This document shows, piece after piece, positions 16,501 to 29,264 of a stretch of DNA of 64,000 nucleotides. How positions within the stretch are numbered: position 1 is the first letter of the stretch; each line of letters starts with the position of its first letter. The notes beneath the pieces were generated by a model that saw only the letters and a program-made list of their open reading frames with translations, searched no databases and had not been told where the DNA came from. The translations under genes were made by a program, and so were the position numbers. The DNA is from Antedon mediterranea (taxonomy: Eukaryota > Animalia > Echinodermata): the NCBI RefSeq assembly GCF_964355755.1, contig NC_092672.1, forward strand, positions 8,184,001-8,248,000. Reading direction: 5' to 3'.

Positions 16501-19500
16501 TAATAACACAACTGATAAAATAGAAAAAGAATGCTTTTTAAATTGTAAATCGAAATTGTAAGACAGGTACGTTAAAGCTTAAAATGTAATTGTCAGACTA
16601 CCTCATATGATGTAACCTGCATCAACACGGCAAAACTTGTCAGGTGATTACATCTGCATACTGTGACATCGGTGATGGCAACATAACAACCGGATGTTGA
16701 CCATTCCCTAAATAGTAAACACATTTTTTAATAGTTTTTTTAAACAGTTTATTTTTATCGTATTTATATAAAATTAAAAAGGTGTTTGACTCTAATAAAA
16801 AAAAAAGAGTGTTTAATGTTGAATAAATCAAATATTAAAACAATTATAAAAATGGCTACATGATATAGAAAGAAGATCTAGATCATATTCATAACTTGAA
16901 TTCCTTTATTAAAACTATTAGCAAAATTAATTTAGTAGTTATTTCAAAGATATCTTACTGAGTTTCGAGATCGATGAATCCACACACATATGTTGAGTTA
17001 TAATTCATCAACTTAAGCGATTCAACTAATTGTTGATCTGTCTCCAAAACCTGTTGATAGAGTTAATATTGAGAAATACAAACACAGTAATTCAAATTTT
17101 TAGTCTATTCTGTTATTTTGTTACATATAAAACAAAGTGTAATTCATTTAGATTAAATATATAGTTGATGATGTTATTTTTTATTGTAAATACACATTTT
17201 AAACTTATGTCTATTAGAATGCTACAGTACAGTAAAACAAATATAGATATAAGAACTATTCTTACTTGTATAATATAGTCAACGTTGGTGTTAATTGGAT
17301 TTTCATTTACATCATATGCTGATACAGAAAGCATTCCAGAATTCATAAAGTACATCAAATCACTGCAAATTGAAATTCGAGTTAATTCAATCAATGCTTA
17401 TGAAATCATTGGAAAATAAATTATATAATCATATTTTAGCGAACAATCTTAAACCCTGTTATATCTAGGTTCAAGCATGTCCGTCCATAACCACTTCAAT
17501 CCTTCCTTTTTTTACACTTTTTGAAACAGCAGATTCTCCAACAGTATAAGAAATCTACTGTCAAGCTGTCTCTAGAATGTATACCGTACACGAATCGGGT
17601 GTTTAAGTGGTGATTTTTCATTCGGTGGAAAAACACACTAGACTTTTGTTTTCATTATTTTATATTCATTCATTTCGTTTAAGAGTCGTAGGGTATCAGT
17701 ACCGTACCATTTTACCTACGTTAAACCTGTTAAAGATTGATAGACAAATATTAGTCATTACCCTGTAATATTCACTCTTAGCTTTGGAGTAAGTATAAAC
17801 TCATATTCCCAAAATAATGCCACCACTGTTACTTCACCTGAAAATAAACCAATAAAAAAATAAATATATATATTAATAATTCATATTGACGAGGTATACC
17901 TGTATTACGGTTGAATCGATGAATGTTATGAAGAAAAAGAACAAGCATAATCTTATTTATAACGATGTCAGCAATGGTGACAGTGATGAATAAATGACAT
18001 GTATATTGGTACGGGTGATGTTTGTTATGTACTGTAAAGTGACAATCATCTGTAATCATCTAATAATATCATCGATATGACAGCTGTGACGAAAAACCTC
18101 TCTCCCGCCAACCACACACACCACCAACCCCCGTACCTGTGTAGTTGAATCCGAGGTTAACGGAAATGTTACTGAACTTGAACACTTTTGAATAGTTGCT
18201 TGATGATTCCTCTTCAGGGATTACGGAAACAACCCCTTCTGTTAAAAAAAAGTCAAAATATCGAACACGTCACAGAAATTAATTAAGAGTGAAACGGCCC
18301 AGAAAAAATAATGACAAAAAAAAATACTCGCCAACTGACACTCGAATCTACTTGATAAACAGACGACTTTATTAGACGACTGACTACCGAGGTTAAAGTT
18401 CAAGTGGGTAGCAACTCATTCTATATGTTTGCAAGGATCTTGAAGAAACATATGCCGTGAAACTATGAGTTTATGTACCATTATGTACGGTACGAAAATG
18501 TAGAATAAATATTGAAAAGAACTGATGTTTACTCACTTAGAGAAGGATTATCTATTTCAAGTAAATCCATTTCTGTAATTTCTCGTGAATGTTGCATGAT
18601 AATATCCATTTCAGCAGCACCGTTTGCAATTTCAAATTCAGTCTGAAAAAAAACATTAAATCAGTGGTTTAGTAAAAATGTCTGCATATCAAGTAGAAGA
18701 CATTATTCAGGGAAGTTGGAACTGAAATAGGCCTAGATAAATAATGATAACAACAAACATTAAAAATTTCAAAAATTGTGTTTTTTCGGAGATTTTCTTT
18801 TCATAACAAGTTCGTTAGAAGTTACCGAGGTTTGGTATTAAAGTTTTAAATATAAAATCACTTACATAAATTGCACTGCTATTGGATTGCTTGGTATGAT
18901 GTAATATGCAGTCTGCAGACGCAGATTCATTTGAATTACATGAGCTAGGCATACAATCTGAAAACCAATAAATAACTCGATCATTTTAAACATTGACGTA
19001 TTTTGAATTCATGTCAATAAGGATTTTAGATTGTTTTGAGAAATGAGGACAATGTACAGATTTTCACTTTTCACATATGGCACTGATTGGACACGAGTGA
19101 CATCACGAGTGGTTTGTGAATTATGGGTATGTTTCGAATATCTTAAACCTCAAATGAAGGCATGTAAAAAAAGTGAAATAGTTTCTGCTTAAACGACTTC
19201 ATATTTTTTAATAAATGAAGCCGTTTAAGCAGAAACTGTTTCCACTTTAACTTTAAAAGGTTAAAAAATAATTATAATGCAATAACAAAATGTAAGAATG
19301 GATGCTGAAGTCAGTTTCATGAATGAAAGACTGAACATTTATTTGATATATAAATATATTTTACTGCTGATATAGATATAACTAAACAAATCAAGGATTA
19401 GAATAAATTAAAATTGTTTCCCGGTAATTAAAGTTAGAAGTATTCTTTTGTCATCTTTTAACTAATCAGTTTGATTTTTTTTTAATGAAAGGAAATTGTT

Positions 19501-22500
19501 TTCATTCTTAACTCACCTTCTACGAAGACGGAGAACGAGCAAGAAACGGTGTCGTTACTGCATTCTGTTATATTTGCCGTGGCGTTTACAATCGTTTCTC
19601 CAACAGGAAACAGTGATCCATTACTTGGTGTGTATTTAAATTCGCTAGCCTGGGTGGGGTAAACATTCGCGGGTTCCCATAATACGTGTGCTTGCTGTAG
19701 TACATCATCAGCGCATTCAGTAACGTCATCAGGACACGTAGCTAGATGTGAAACAAATCACAATTTTAGAAATTATTCTAAAATGTTAAATCTTTTTTTA
19801 ATCGTTGTATCATGTTGTTTCCTCTTCATCTAAAACATTCAATGTTGTGACTTATTTTGAACAGTAATACTACTTTTTGCTCAGATTTAAAGTTAGGCTC
19901 ACTCAGTTTTGGTATTTTGGAATCAAATAAATAAAGCTAGTCCTGTATATAAAGGGTATCGTATAAACTGTTATAGTTATCTATAGCTAGATACTATTAT
20001 GTTTATAGTTATAGGTTAATATATAGAATAACTTACCAACTGAAATTAAAATTCTCCAACAACTTCATTTAAAGCTAGACATCGAGCTCGTTTCTTTTCA
20101 CAAAATTAACACCCTTTTTCTTTTTTTATTTAAGAAAAGACCACACTGTAAAACAGGTGTTTTTAACCTGGATAAATGTTAGAGATTTAAATAAAGTTTC
20201 CTATCCTGCCTAGAATTTCATAAATCAAGATTACCTGATGGCATTATACATCTATATTTAACAGCCAGACACTCAAATTTATCGGGGAAACTCTCTGGAA
20301 TTGTACATGAGGAGAGATCGTCACAAGTTTTAGAGGCAGTGTCTGTAACGTCTTCTTCCTCATCTATTGGTGGTTCTGTTGCCATTTGTGGTTTTGGTAG
20401 TACGTGTTGTATTTCTAGTTTGTGGTATGTAGACTCACATCTATCGTTGTCTGGATAGTAATGGGCATATATCACTTGGATTTTAGACGGACAGTCACAT
20501 TTCAACTCACATTCTTCGTTTCCAGATTTTTGGCAGAATGTGCAACCTGTGAAAATAGTATTGATATGATAATAACAATGGTAATGTAAGGATTGTAACT
20601 ACAATAATAATAATAATAAAACTGAGAAAAATGCTAATGAATAATAATAAAGACCAAAATATGATTTAAGAATTGTATTAATTTCCACATTTTATATTTA
20701 TTAGTTAAACCAAATGTTGAAAACTCTAACCAAATTTGTGCTTTCTGTTAATTAAAACTAGAGGTTCTTGTTATCTTTAAAGATCATGGAACATGGTATT
20801 TGATGTATAACGTTTTTTGGCTGATTTTGGTCTGAATATGTTGATTTTATTAGTATGTTTTGATAAAATAAATTCTATAAGCGTAAATTATGAATTTTTT
20901 ATGATTTACATACATCGGAGTTTATATCTCCGAAGTCGAATTTGGAGCAGGAAATCCAAGGCGATAAATCGTGACGTCATAAGATGAACACACTGCTGCA
21001 CTGCTGGTCGCGACGCATCTCTCTTGTATACAAACTGTACTGTATCGGCAAGATGTCAACACGTATTCAGTGTACGATCTCGACAGTTCGGAGTCTGATT
21101 TTGAAGAGGAAACTATCCATTATGAATTCGAAATTGATGAAGATGAAGGAGACGACGTTATGGATACGCAAGAAAGTGTTATTGAATGCAATTAATTCAA
21201 CCGTAGGCCTATATGAGAGCCCGATCTCACCGATTCTGAAGGCGAGGCGGACCAACGCGAAGGCGGCGAAGAACGTCGTGGGGAAATTGACCAGACCAAC
21301 AATACATGGTCCTAGGCCTAGGTTTACATTTTCAATTACGGACCCAAACTTTGGAATGGTTAGTTACAGTCAGTTATACGAATGCATTATTATCGTGTTT
21401 TTAAACGCAATAAAAAAATTAGTAAAACTGAAGTTGTTGTGTCGATTAACTAAATAAAAGGTAGGCCTAGCTAGGTAGTACTTCTTTCTAGTATAGTAGA
21501 GTAGTAGGCCTAGGTGATTAATTCGGTTTTAAAATCAGCAACACAAAGGGCCTAGGCTAGTAGTACTGTGTTGAAAGCCCCAGCATAATAGTTCAGGTGG
21601 GGAGTTGTTCTGCCCTCATAAAAATAAAGCTTGTGTACAAGCTGACTGCAATAATTTGTAAGTTGCATGACAGATTGCACTATATTCTCTATTGATTTGA
21701 ACAAAAATTGAACCATTTGAAATTTGCTTTAGAAAAGTCAAATTATAAATTATATAATCTTATTGCACTTTTACAAATGATTTTGTTCTTACAGTACCGT
21801 ATTATTATTTCGCAGGGTATGTGGATGACCTCATCTTGGAGGTAATGAGCATTGTTGAAGGGACAGCAGAAGATGTTGATGTTGTTGATGCGCCACCCCA
21901 ACTCTGTTCAGGATTTGAACGCCCCGACAAAGAGACCGCTATTGCCAACCACTTCACAAGATTTCCAAATGTGAACAACTAAGGCAAAAATTATGCAGTA
22001 AATAAATCAGCAGCCAAAAGGTCCACTGATCAACTTCAAATAAGAAGTATAATACATACTCCAAGAAATGAGATACATTCCATCATGCTTTTTATTATAA
22101 ATCATTATTTCGTTTTTTTAGCGAAAGATTAAAAGCCATTTGTTTATGTGGATACAGCACCACAATCCAGAGCCAACAGTTTTATAAACAAAATAATCAC
22201 TTGTGTGCATAATTTTTTAATAAATTGTGTCAGAGAAATGTATATTTTATTTCTATTTGATCATTTTATTTCTATCAGATACAGTGTACAAAACTTTCCT
22301 TTATGAAGTACAGTAAATAATTGTATGTGGTTAATTGTATTCTCAATACAAGTTGGTGCTAAAATGTTTACTCAATCCAAAAATCCAGCAAACTGGAAAT
22401 CATCTTCCATACTGGTGGTGGGAAGTGGGCTCTTATGCAGGAAACTGCACATGATGGTAAGACTACCCTTAGGTTTCGGCCCAAAAACCCCCAACACCAT

Positions 22501-25500
22501 CTGGCGAGTTGCTGGTACGCAATATGTCTCAGACGTTTATGTTTTGAGGCTTCAACAGGTGTGTCATACTGTTGGCGGTAATGCAGCCATGCAATTTCCA
22601 ACACATGAAAATTCAAACAGGCAGCAGTGAATCCAGGATGTTCAGTGATGCATATGTAGGCTTCTCCGTATTGTAAATTGTCTGACCTTCCTCCAGCCTA
22701 TGATTAATAAATAATAGGGCCTACTTCCTGGCAACATCGACATTCGCGATACGTGGGTAGCATCTGGCAATGGCCACAATCACACCTGTATTATGAAAAA
22801 AAAAAATTTTGTAATAATAATATTGTAGCGCTCTAGAGCGCTACAATATTCTGAGATGTCACAATTTATAGGGCGCTATATTAAATATTTTTAAAGTTTT
22901 AGTGATTATTAATGATTAATTTAATGTATTGTGTGTGAAATAGGAAAATAAATCTGCATCTTGGCTAGCCTTAGGGGTGGGCCTATCTGATTAGAACAGG
23001 TTTTTTTTTTCTTTTTACAATTACATCTTACTCTCTGAGAAATCTTTTTTTTTTTAAGATAAAGAAAAAAACAAGAAACTTTCTTAAAAGTTACATTTTG
23101 TTTGCCTATGCCGTTGTGCCTTTTTTTCATATTACTATTTATAAACTGTTTTGTAACAGGGGGTTTCTACTTATAAGCTGTGCTTCAGAGATTCCCCCTT
23201 TCCATTCTTTCATTTTTGTAATGAATATTTATGTACGTTAATGGTTTTATTTTGTTGTGAATGGAAATAAAGAAACAAACAAACAAACAAACAACCCTAG
23301 GCCTATTTCAAACAACAAAGTGCAAATTTGTTAAATAAAATGGTCAGTCTAATACCGTAATGTACATTTTTGCTTTCTACGATTCAATTTAGCCTAATCT
23401 TTATTTCGTTAAAAAAATTCAATCTAGGCCGTAGGCCTAGGCATATAGACGATAGCCGACCGTCGCCGGTGAGAGGGCTAGCCGCATGAATTGGAGTAAA
23501 GTACAGTAGGGCCTAGCCTAGCCTCTATCTACAGCCTAGCCTCTATCTACGGCCTAACTAAGCCACAATACACACACTGGCATGACGGAAGAATATCGTA
23601 GTTATCTACTAGGGAATTGTTAATTATACAATAAAGTTATACATTAATTTTTAATAAAAGAGATAGTACTACTAACCAATTTAATAATAACTGGGTTTGA
23701 AGTTGAATATTCTCTGCTTGAATTGTAGGTAGGCCTAGGCCTACTAGCTAGGTGACGGTCACCGTCGCCATCTTCTCTGATGATGAAGAATCGTCAGAAC
23801 TACAATCGGGCTCGTACATGTACGGCCGAATTAATTTCATCGACATTCCATTCAATATTTCGATTGTTAAACAAAATAGTTTCTCCTTCATTCTCCTCAG
23901 TTTCGCATTCCACTATCAATGTTTCCTCTTCTAATTCCTCTGACGAAGAACTGTCAAAATCATACGCAATACGTGTTGACATCCTAGTTTGTACAGTACA
24001 GCTCAGGCGGGCGAAAAAGTTTCTTCATCTTATGACGTCACTATCAGAGGTTACCGGAAAATGCCGAAAAAACCCGAATAGTCGTGAACTGAGAGCAGTT
24101 GCGCGAAATAGCAGAAAACACTTTAATTATGTCCTGAAAACTTTTAATTTATTGTCTGTTTAATATCCATCAAGGAGAACAACTATAATACTACTATTTT
24201 ACATAAACATCAAATACCATGTTCCATGATCTTTAAACTAATCAGTTTGATTTTAAAAAATGGATTGTTTTTGTTCCTAACTCACCTTCAACGAGGACAG
24301 AGAACGAGCATGAAACGATGTCGTTGCTGCATTCAGTTATATTTGCCGTGGCGTTTACAATCGTTTCTCCAATAGGAAACAGTGATCCATTACTGGGTGT
24401 ATATATAAATTCGCTAGCCTGGGTGTGGTGAACATTCGCGGATTCCCATGATACGTGTGCCTGCTGTAGTACATCATCAGCGCATTCATTAGCGTCATCA
24501 GGGCACGTAGCTAGGTGTGAAACAAAACATAATTTTAGACATTATTCCAAAACGTTAAATCTTTTTTTAATCGTTGTATCATGTTGTTTCCTCTTCATCA
24601 AAAACATTCATCATAAAATCGTAGTATTTTGGAATCAAATAAATAAGCTAATTGTCATATTATTTATGTTGTGATTCTCTGTGTTTAGAGAAGGATGCTT
24701 TAGACCAGGTCCGCCTTATATTATTAGCCAATCAAAATCGTATAATTTTTGGAGGGAAAATGTTATCCTCCTCTGAAGCCTAAAATTTGCATGTCCAATA
24801 TAAAAGTGGAATGTAATAGATATTAAGAGGAAGAGAGAATAAGATCAGAGTAGATAAACGGAAAGATGATAAAGAAAATATTAAGGCTTGACTGGTAGTG
24901 GTTGAAAGATGTATTAATCGAATTACAAGGAATAAAAGTTCTAGTTGAGTTAAATATACTTTTTGTATGAGTTATCATTCAGTGACAGTGTACGTCGCGT
25001 GGAGTTATATATATACGCCTGAGAAAGCTCGGAACCAACTAAAATAATCACTACACTAATCCTGTATACAAAAGGTATCGTATAAACTGTTAGTTATCTA
25101 TAGTCGGATACAAAACTCTCCATTTAAAGCTAGACATCGAGCTCATTTCTTTTCACAGAACTAAAATCTTTTTTCCCTTCTTTTTATATTTAAGAAAGGT
25201 TTTTTAACCTGGATAAATATTAGAAATTTAAAAGGTTCATATCCTGCCTAGCATTTCATAAATTAAAATTACCTGATGGTATTATACATCTATATTGCAC
25301 AAGCAGACCTCTGAATGCATCTGGGAAACTCTCTGAAATTTGGCATGTGGACAGATGGTCACAAATTTTAGAGATATTGTATGTAACATTTCTTAGCATT
25401 GGTGGTGCGGTTTGTATTCCTTGATTGTGGTATGTAGAGTTACATATATTGCTGTTAAAAGGATAATATTGGGCATATATCACTTGGATTTTAGACGGAC

Positions 25501-28500
25501 AGCCACATTTCAACTCACATTCTTCGTTTACAGATTTATAACAGAATGTGCATTTTGAAGCTGTAAAAATAACAATGGCAATGTAAGGATAACTTCAATA
25601 GTACTACTGAGAATAATGCTAATGAATAATAATGATGATCAAATATGGTTTAAGAATTGTATTAATTATTAATTAATCTTTACACATTTTGTATTTATTG
25701 GTTAAACCAAATGTTGACACATGTGCTCACTCTAACCAAATTTGTAATTTCTGGTAAATAAAATTAGAGGAGTTCTTGTTATCATTAATTAATCAGTTTG
25801 ATTTTTAAAAAATGAAATGGAATTGTTTTCATCCGTAACTCACCTTCAACGAAGACAGAGAACGAGCATGAAACGGTGTCGTAGCTGCATTCAGTTATAT
25901 TTGCCGTGGCGTTTACAATCGTTTCTCCAATAGGAAACAGTGATCCATTACTGGGTGTATATTTAAATTCACTAGCCTGCTGGGTGGGGTAAACATTCGC
26001 GGGTTCCCATGATACGTGTGCTTGCTGTAGTACATCATCAGCGCATTCAGTAACGTTATCAGGACACGTAGCTAGATGAGATAAGCTAAATATTAGCTTT
26101 TTTAGGTGATTTTTAAAAATTTGTATTATTATTTATATTTGTATAAAATTTTAAATATCGTAAATTATCACAAAGCCTATAATTCGTCAAATTGATAAAA
26201 TAAATTCTTGTTGCGTTTTAATCTTTTTACAGTATCGTGTTGTCCATTTTTTTTACATTGACAACATTGTCCATACTATTTTATTGTGATATATTTTGGA
26301 ATAATTTGTAAAAGAAAAAAATACACTTCTGAGCGACTTAGTATTGTTTTAAGGCTATGTTTGTTCACGGGTTTGTTCCAAGTAATCTCACAAAAGTCAC
26401 ATTTGTGCCGGTAATTAAATCTAAATCAGGGAATATCACTGATAAAGGGAAGTATCGGCCAATAGCTTTGGCATGTGCAACTTCTAGAGTCTGTAATGAT
26501 ACAACATTGTGGTAATTCACTGGACTCCCATGACAACCAGTTTGCCTTCAAATCTGGTCACTCAACCGAATTGTGTATATTTGCTCTTAAACAGATTATC
26601 GAGCATTACAACAATCATGGTAGCCCAGTTTATTGCTGTTTCTTGGACGCTAGCAAAGCCTTTGATAAAGTGAACCACTGGACACTTTTCAAGACCCTAA
26701 TTGACAGGGGTACCCCTTAACCTGTAGTTAAGATACTGAGGTCATGGTATAGGAATCAGGAATTTGTTGTCAGGTGGGGAAGTTCCGTTTCCGATTCTTT
26801 CACTGTTCGTAATGGGGTTCGCCAGGGAGGCGTTATGTCCCCTCTACTTTACAATGTGTACACTGATCCGTTAACTGTTGAACTGACTAAGTCAAAAGAA
26901 GGTTGTGAAATTAACAGTCTTAAACTGAATTGCCTAAGCTTTGCTGATGACTTGGTCCTTTTGGCTCCGTCAGTGACTGGTTTACAAAGCCTAATTGGAC
27001 TCTGTGAAGGTTTTGCTACTGACCATGATATTACTTTTAATGAAACCAAATCCAAATGCTTGCTATTTTGCCCGAAAGTCCGCAACCTCAAAGGTGTTCC
27101 ACATATTACCTTAAATGGGGCACCTCTAATCGTTGAGAATTCCATAACCTATCTTGGTCATGTGATCAGTAATAACCTGAGTGATGAAAGTGACATCAAA
27201 CGTCAATATCGATCTATTTGCATTAGGGCCAACTCTCTAAATAGAAAGTTTGGAAAATGTTCTACTAAGACTAAATGTTATCTATTTAAGAGTTACTGTG
27301 TCAGCATGTACTGTTCAACCTTATGGTGTAGATATAATAAGAGCACTCTGAGATCACTGAAAGTATGTTATAACAATGCCTTACGTTTGCTGCTGAAGCA
27401 GCCTAGACATTGTAGTGCAAGCATGATGTTTGTCTTAAATGACGTCCCATCCTTTGATGAGTTAATTAGAAAATCTGTTTTTAGTTTTAAAAATCGTGTG
27501 AACGCAAGTAGTAATTCCTTGATCATGGCCATTAATCGCCACGTTCTTAATGTGTCAAGAATGCACATACTATGGAATGCTTTGTTGCATTGACTTTATA
27601 TATTTAGGCCTACATATCTTTGTTTTTCTTCTATGAGCTGTTAGATTAAGATTTTTTTTTTTCTCTCTTTTGCTATGGATATTATATTTTGTCACCATGA
27701 TATTCCGAAATAAAAAGATAAATGAAAAAAATGAATAATATCAGTCTTATTTCTAGCTTTCATTTTTTAATTTAATTTTAAAATTTTAAAATATAGAGAT
27801 TCAAATAAAATGCTCTCTTTCGTAAGTCAAGGTTACCTGATGGTTTTATACATTTATATTTAACAATCAGACACTCCTTGTCATCTGTAATATTAGCTTG
27901 AATTTTGCATGTAGACAGACCGTTACACAGTGTTACCACGGTAGAGTTAATTTCACTCTTGTTTGCTTGGTGTTTGGTGGATCCGGCTTGTGCTTCCTGT
28001 CTGTCGCGCTCTGTATATGTATTAGGACTACATATGCTGCTGTCAGAAGAATAGTAGGCATCTATAATGTTGATTTTATACAGACAATCACATTTCACCT
28101 CGCATTCTTCAGATGTATTGAAACAAGATATGTCTTTAGATGAAGCTGTAAAAATGTATGTGAATACTAATGAATACGGTAATAATAATTGAATATGATT
28201 TTTATTTTTATTTTATTTATTTTTTATTTTATTTCATACTCATCCAACAGCGAGTAACCCGCCAATTACAGGATGGATAAACTATTTAATAATTTCACAA
28301 GACAAACATATACACAAGATGCTCTACATAAACAAAGATTATTATTACATTTGACTTATGTCCATAAGGAGTATATACGGCTACCATTTTCTATTGAATT
28401 GGTTTTTACCAAGATTGTACACATATGACCGCTCAGAAAAATTGTGTTCAATAAATGTTGTTGAAACGAATTACCTGCATATATCGTATTAAATAATCCA

Positions 28501-28556
28501 GCGAATAGCATTGCCCACCACCACCAACACTCGGCTCTTCGGCGATCAGTCTGCAT
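13529..28556 (-). CDS. Adhesion GPCR A: signal peptide-(SUEL-like lectin-HYR)x3-GAIN/GPS-7TM, about 1058 aa, 21 coding exons
   Basis: Exons: 28475-28556 (SP), 27837-28145, 25844-26071, 25273-25560, 24286-24510, 20235-20546, 19517-19741, 18866-18957, 18537-18642, 18137-18238, 17762-17837, 17266-17362, 16959-17050, 16602-16707 (GPS: WSTSGC..CRCNHLTSFAVLMQ), 16379-16482, 15965-16070 (IHKNL), 15200-15417 (FFWMFGEA), 14734-14794 (CWL), 14291-14394, 13798-13969 (LVPILGVTWIFG..YLFVILNSLQGVFIF), 13529-13600. The sum is 3177 nt with consistent phases. HYR motif: CPDD..V.WEP..GSLFP.GET.V..CSF.V.V. Confidence 0.88.
15495..15936. mobile_element. Probable MITE in an aGPCR A intron
   Basis: Short terminal inverted repeat AGTCTACACTA..TAGTGTAGACT. 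Confidence 0.4.
19171..19248. repeat. Imperfect hairpin / inverted repeat
   Basis: AAGTGAAATAGTTTCTGCTTAAACGACTTCAT..ATGAAGCCGTTTAAGCAGAAACTGTTTCCACTT. Confidence 0.6.
21816..21982 (+). pseudogene. Remnant terminal exon of the Kolobok transposase
   Basis: After CGCAG the frame reads YVDDLILEV..DAPPQLCSGFERPDKETAIANHFTRFPNVNN*. This fits the PP.L....RP.K..A...H..RF C-terminus I recall for Kolobok transposases. No DDE core is present. Confidence 0.6.
22368..23982 (-). pseudogene. Decayed KolX accessory gene (P2X7 ballast / Zn-coordinating cysteine domain-like) of the Kolobok element
   Basis: Exon 1 (23677-23982) is acidic, carries IRPYMYEP and ends in a phase-2 Trp codon. Exon 2 (from 22785) reads WCDCGHCQMLPTYRECRCCQEV..CITEHPG..RLRHIAYQQLARWCWGFLGRNLRVVLPSCAVSCIRAHFP. 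Frameshifts are present. Confidence 0.8.
26330..27735 (+). mobile_element. 5'-truncated LINE (RT; Proto2/RTEX-like, clade tentative), antisense in an aGPCR A intron
   Basis: YRPIAL, QFAFKSGHST, CFLDASKAFDKVNH, GVRQGGVMSP, FADDLVLLAPS, YLGH. Internal stop and frameshift; ends in an AATAAA/A-rich tail. Confidence 0.85.
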
Positions 28557-29264
28557 TATTTCATCATACCTGAATGCAATTCGTAAGAAGCATTTCTGAA
28601 TATTAAAAGAAGATTTCTGCGAACCGTCAGTTATAGTATAATGCAATCAAATATAAAATGTAGACAAAACAGAAAAGTTTTAATAACTCGTCAATAAAGT
28701 CAATATTATGTTTAACTCTAACTTAAGGACATGGACATTAAAGTCAAATGTAATAATAATCTCCTTGAGATTCATAATAATTGCATAATGTTTATAGGTC
28801 TAGGCGTAGCAATTCTCAACAACAAACAAACCTCACATATTAAAATATAGTTTATTAATAACTTTTTACAATATTTATTCAACATTTGCGCTTTGGAACC
28901 ATATGCTACATGGCGAAAGCCACATATAACCAAATGTATGTCAAGTATATTTGAAAATAATTAACTAGGTTATTTCATCAAAACAACTACGGTAATAAGT
29001 ACCTACGTCATATACACACTTCAAATTCAACTTTCATTCAAAAGACAGAAATATTAGAAACGATTTGTGATTACTAACTTCTATAGGCCTAAATATGTTT
29101 TCTCGATGAGCAAACTGAGAAGTATGTATCGTCTAGGCTACTAATCAGCGCAGAAAACTTCTCAACTTTTTCACAAAAAAAATAGATTTTGTTCCACCTG
29201 CCTTTGACCCAATTGACAACTGACTTTAATCACAAAAGACTTTTTATGAAAAGTAATTGTTTAA

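Larger units (their letters stand above)
20781..24232. mobile_element. Internally deleted Kolobok DNA transposon with TTAA TSD
   Basis: Perfect 26-bp TIR AGATCATGGAACATGGTATTTGATGT (20781-20806 and 24207-24232), with TTAA on both sides. Empty sites are visible in the paralogous introns at about 19445-19475 and 25770-25805. It contains a transposase-like last exon (+) and a KolX gene (-) in convergent orientation. Confidence 0.88.

Noticed and set aside
20984-21457. 157-aa ORF as a host gene
   Set aside because: It is an off-frame reading of the decayed Kolobok left-arm exon.
22368-22785. Host P2X7 receptor gene
   Set aside because: No P2X channel exons are present. The domain lies inside TIRs with a TTAA TSD, so it is transposon KolX.
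28200-28990. LINE partner of the SINE at 5890-6088
   Set aside because: Only a short SINE-like tail matches. The adjacent ORF-like stretch is better explained as the aGPCR A signal-peptide exon (28475-28556), and there are no convincing RT motifs.
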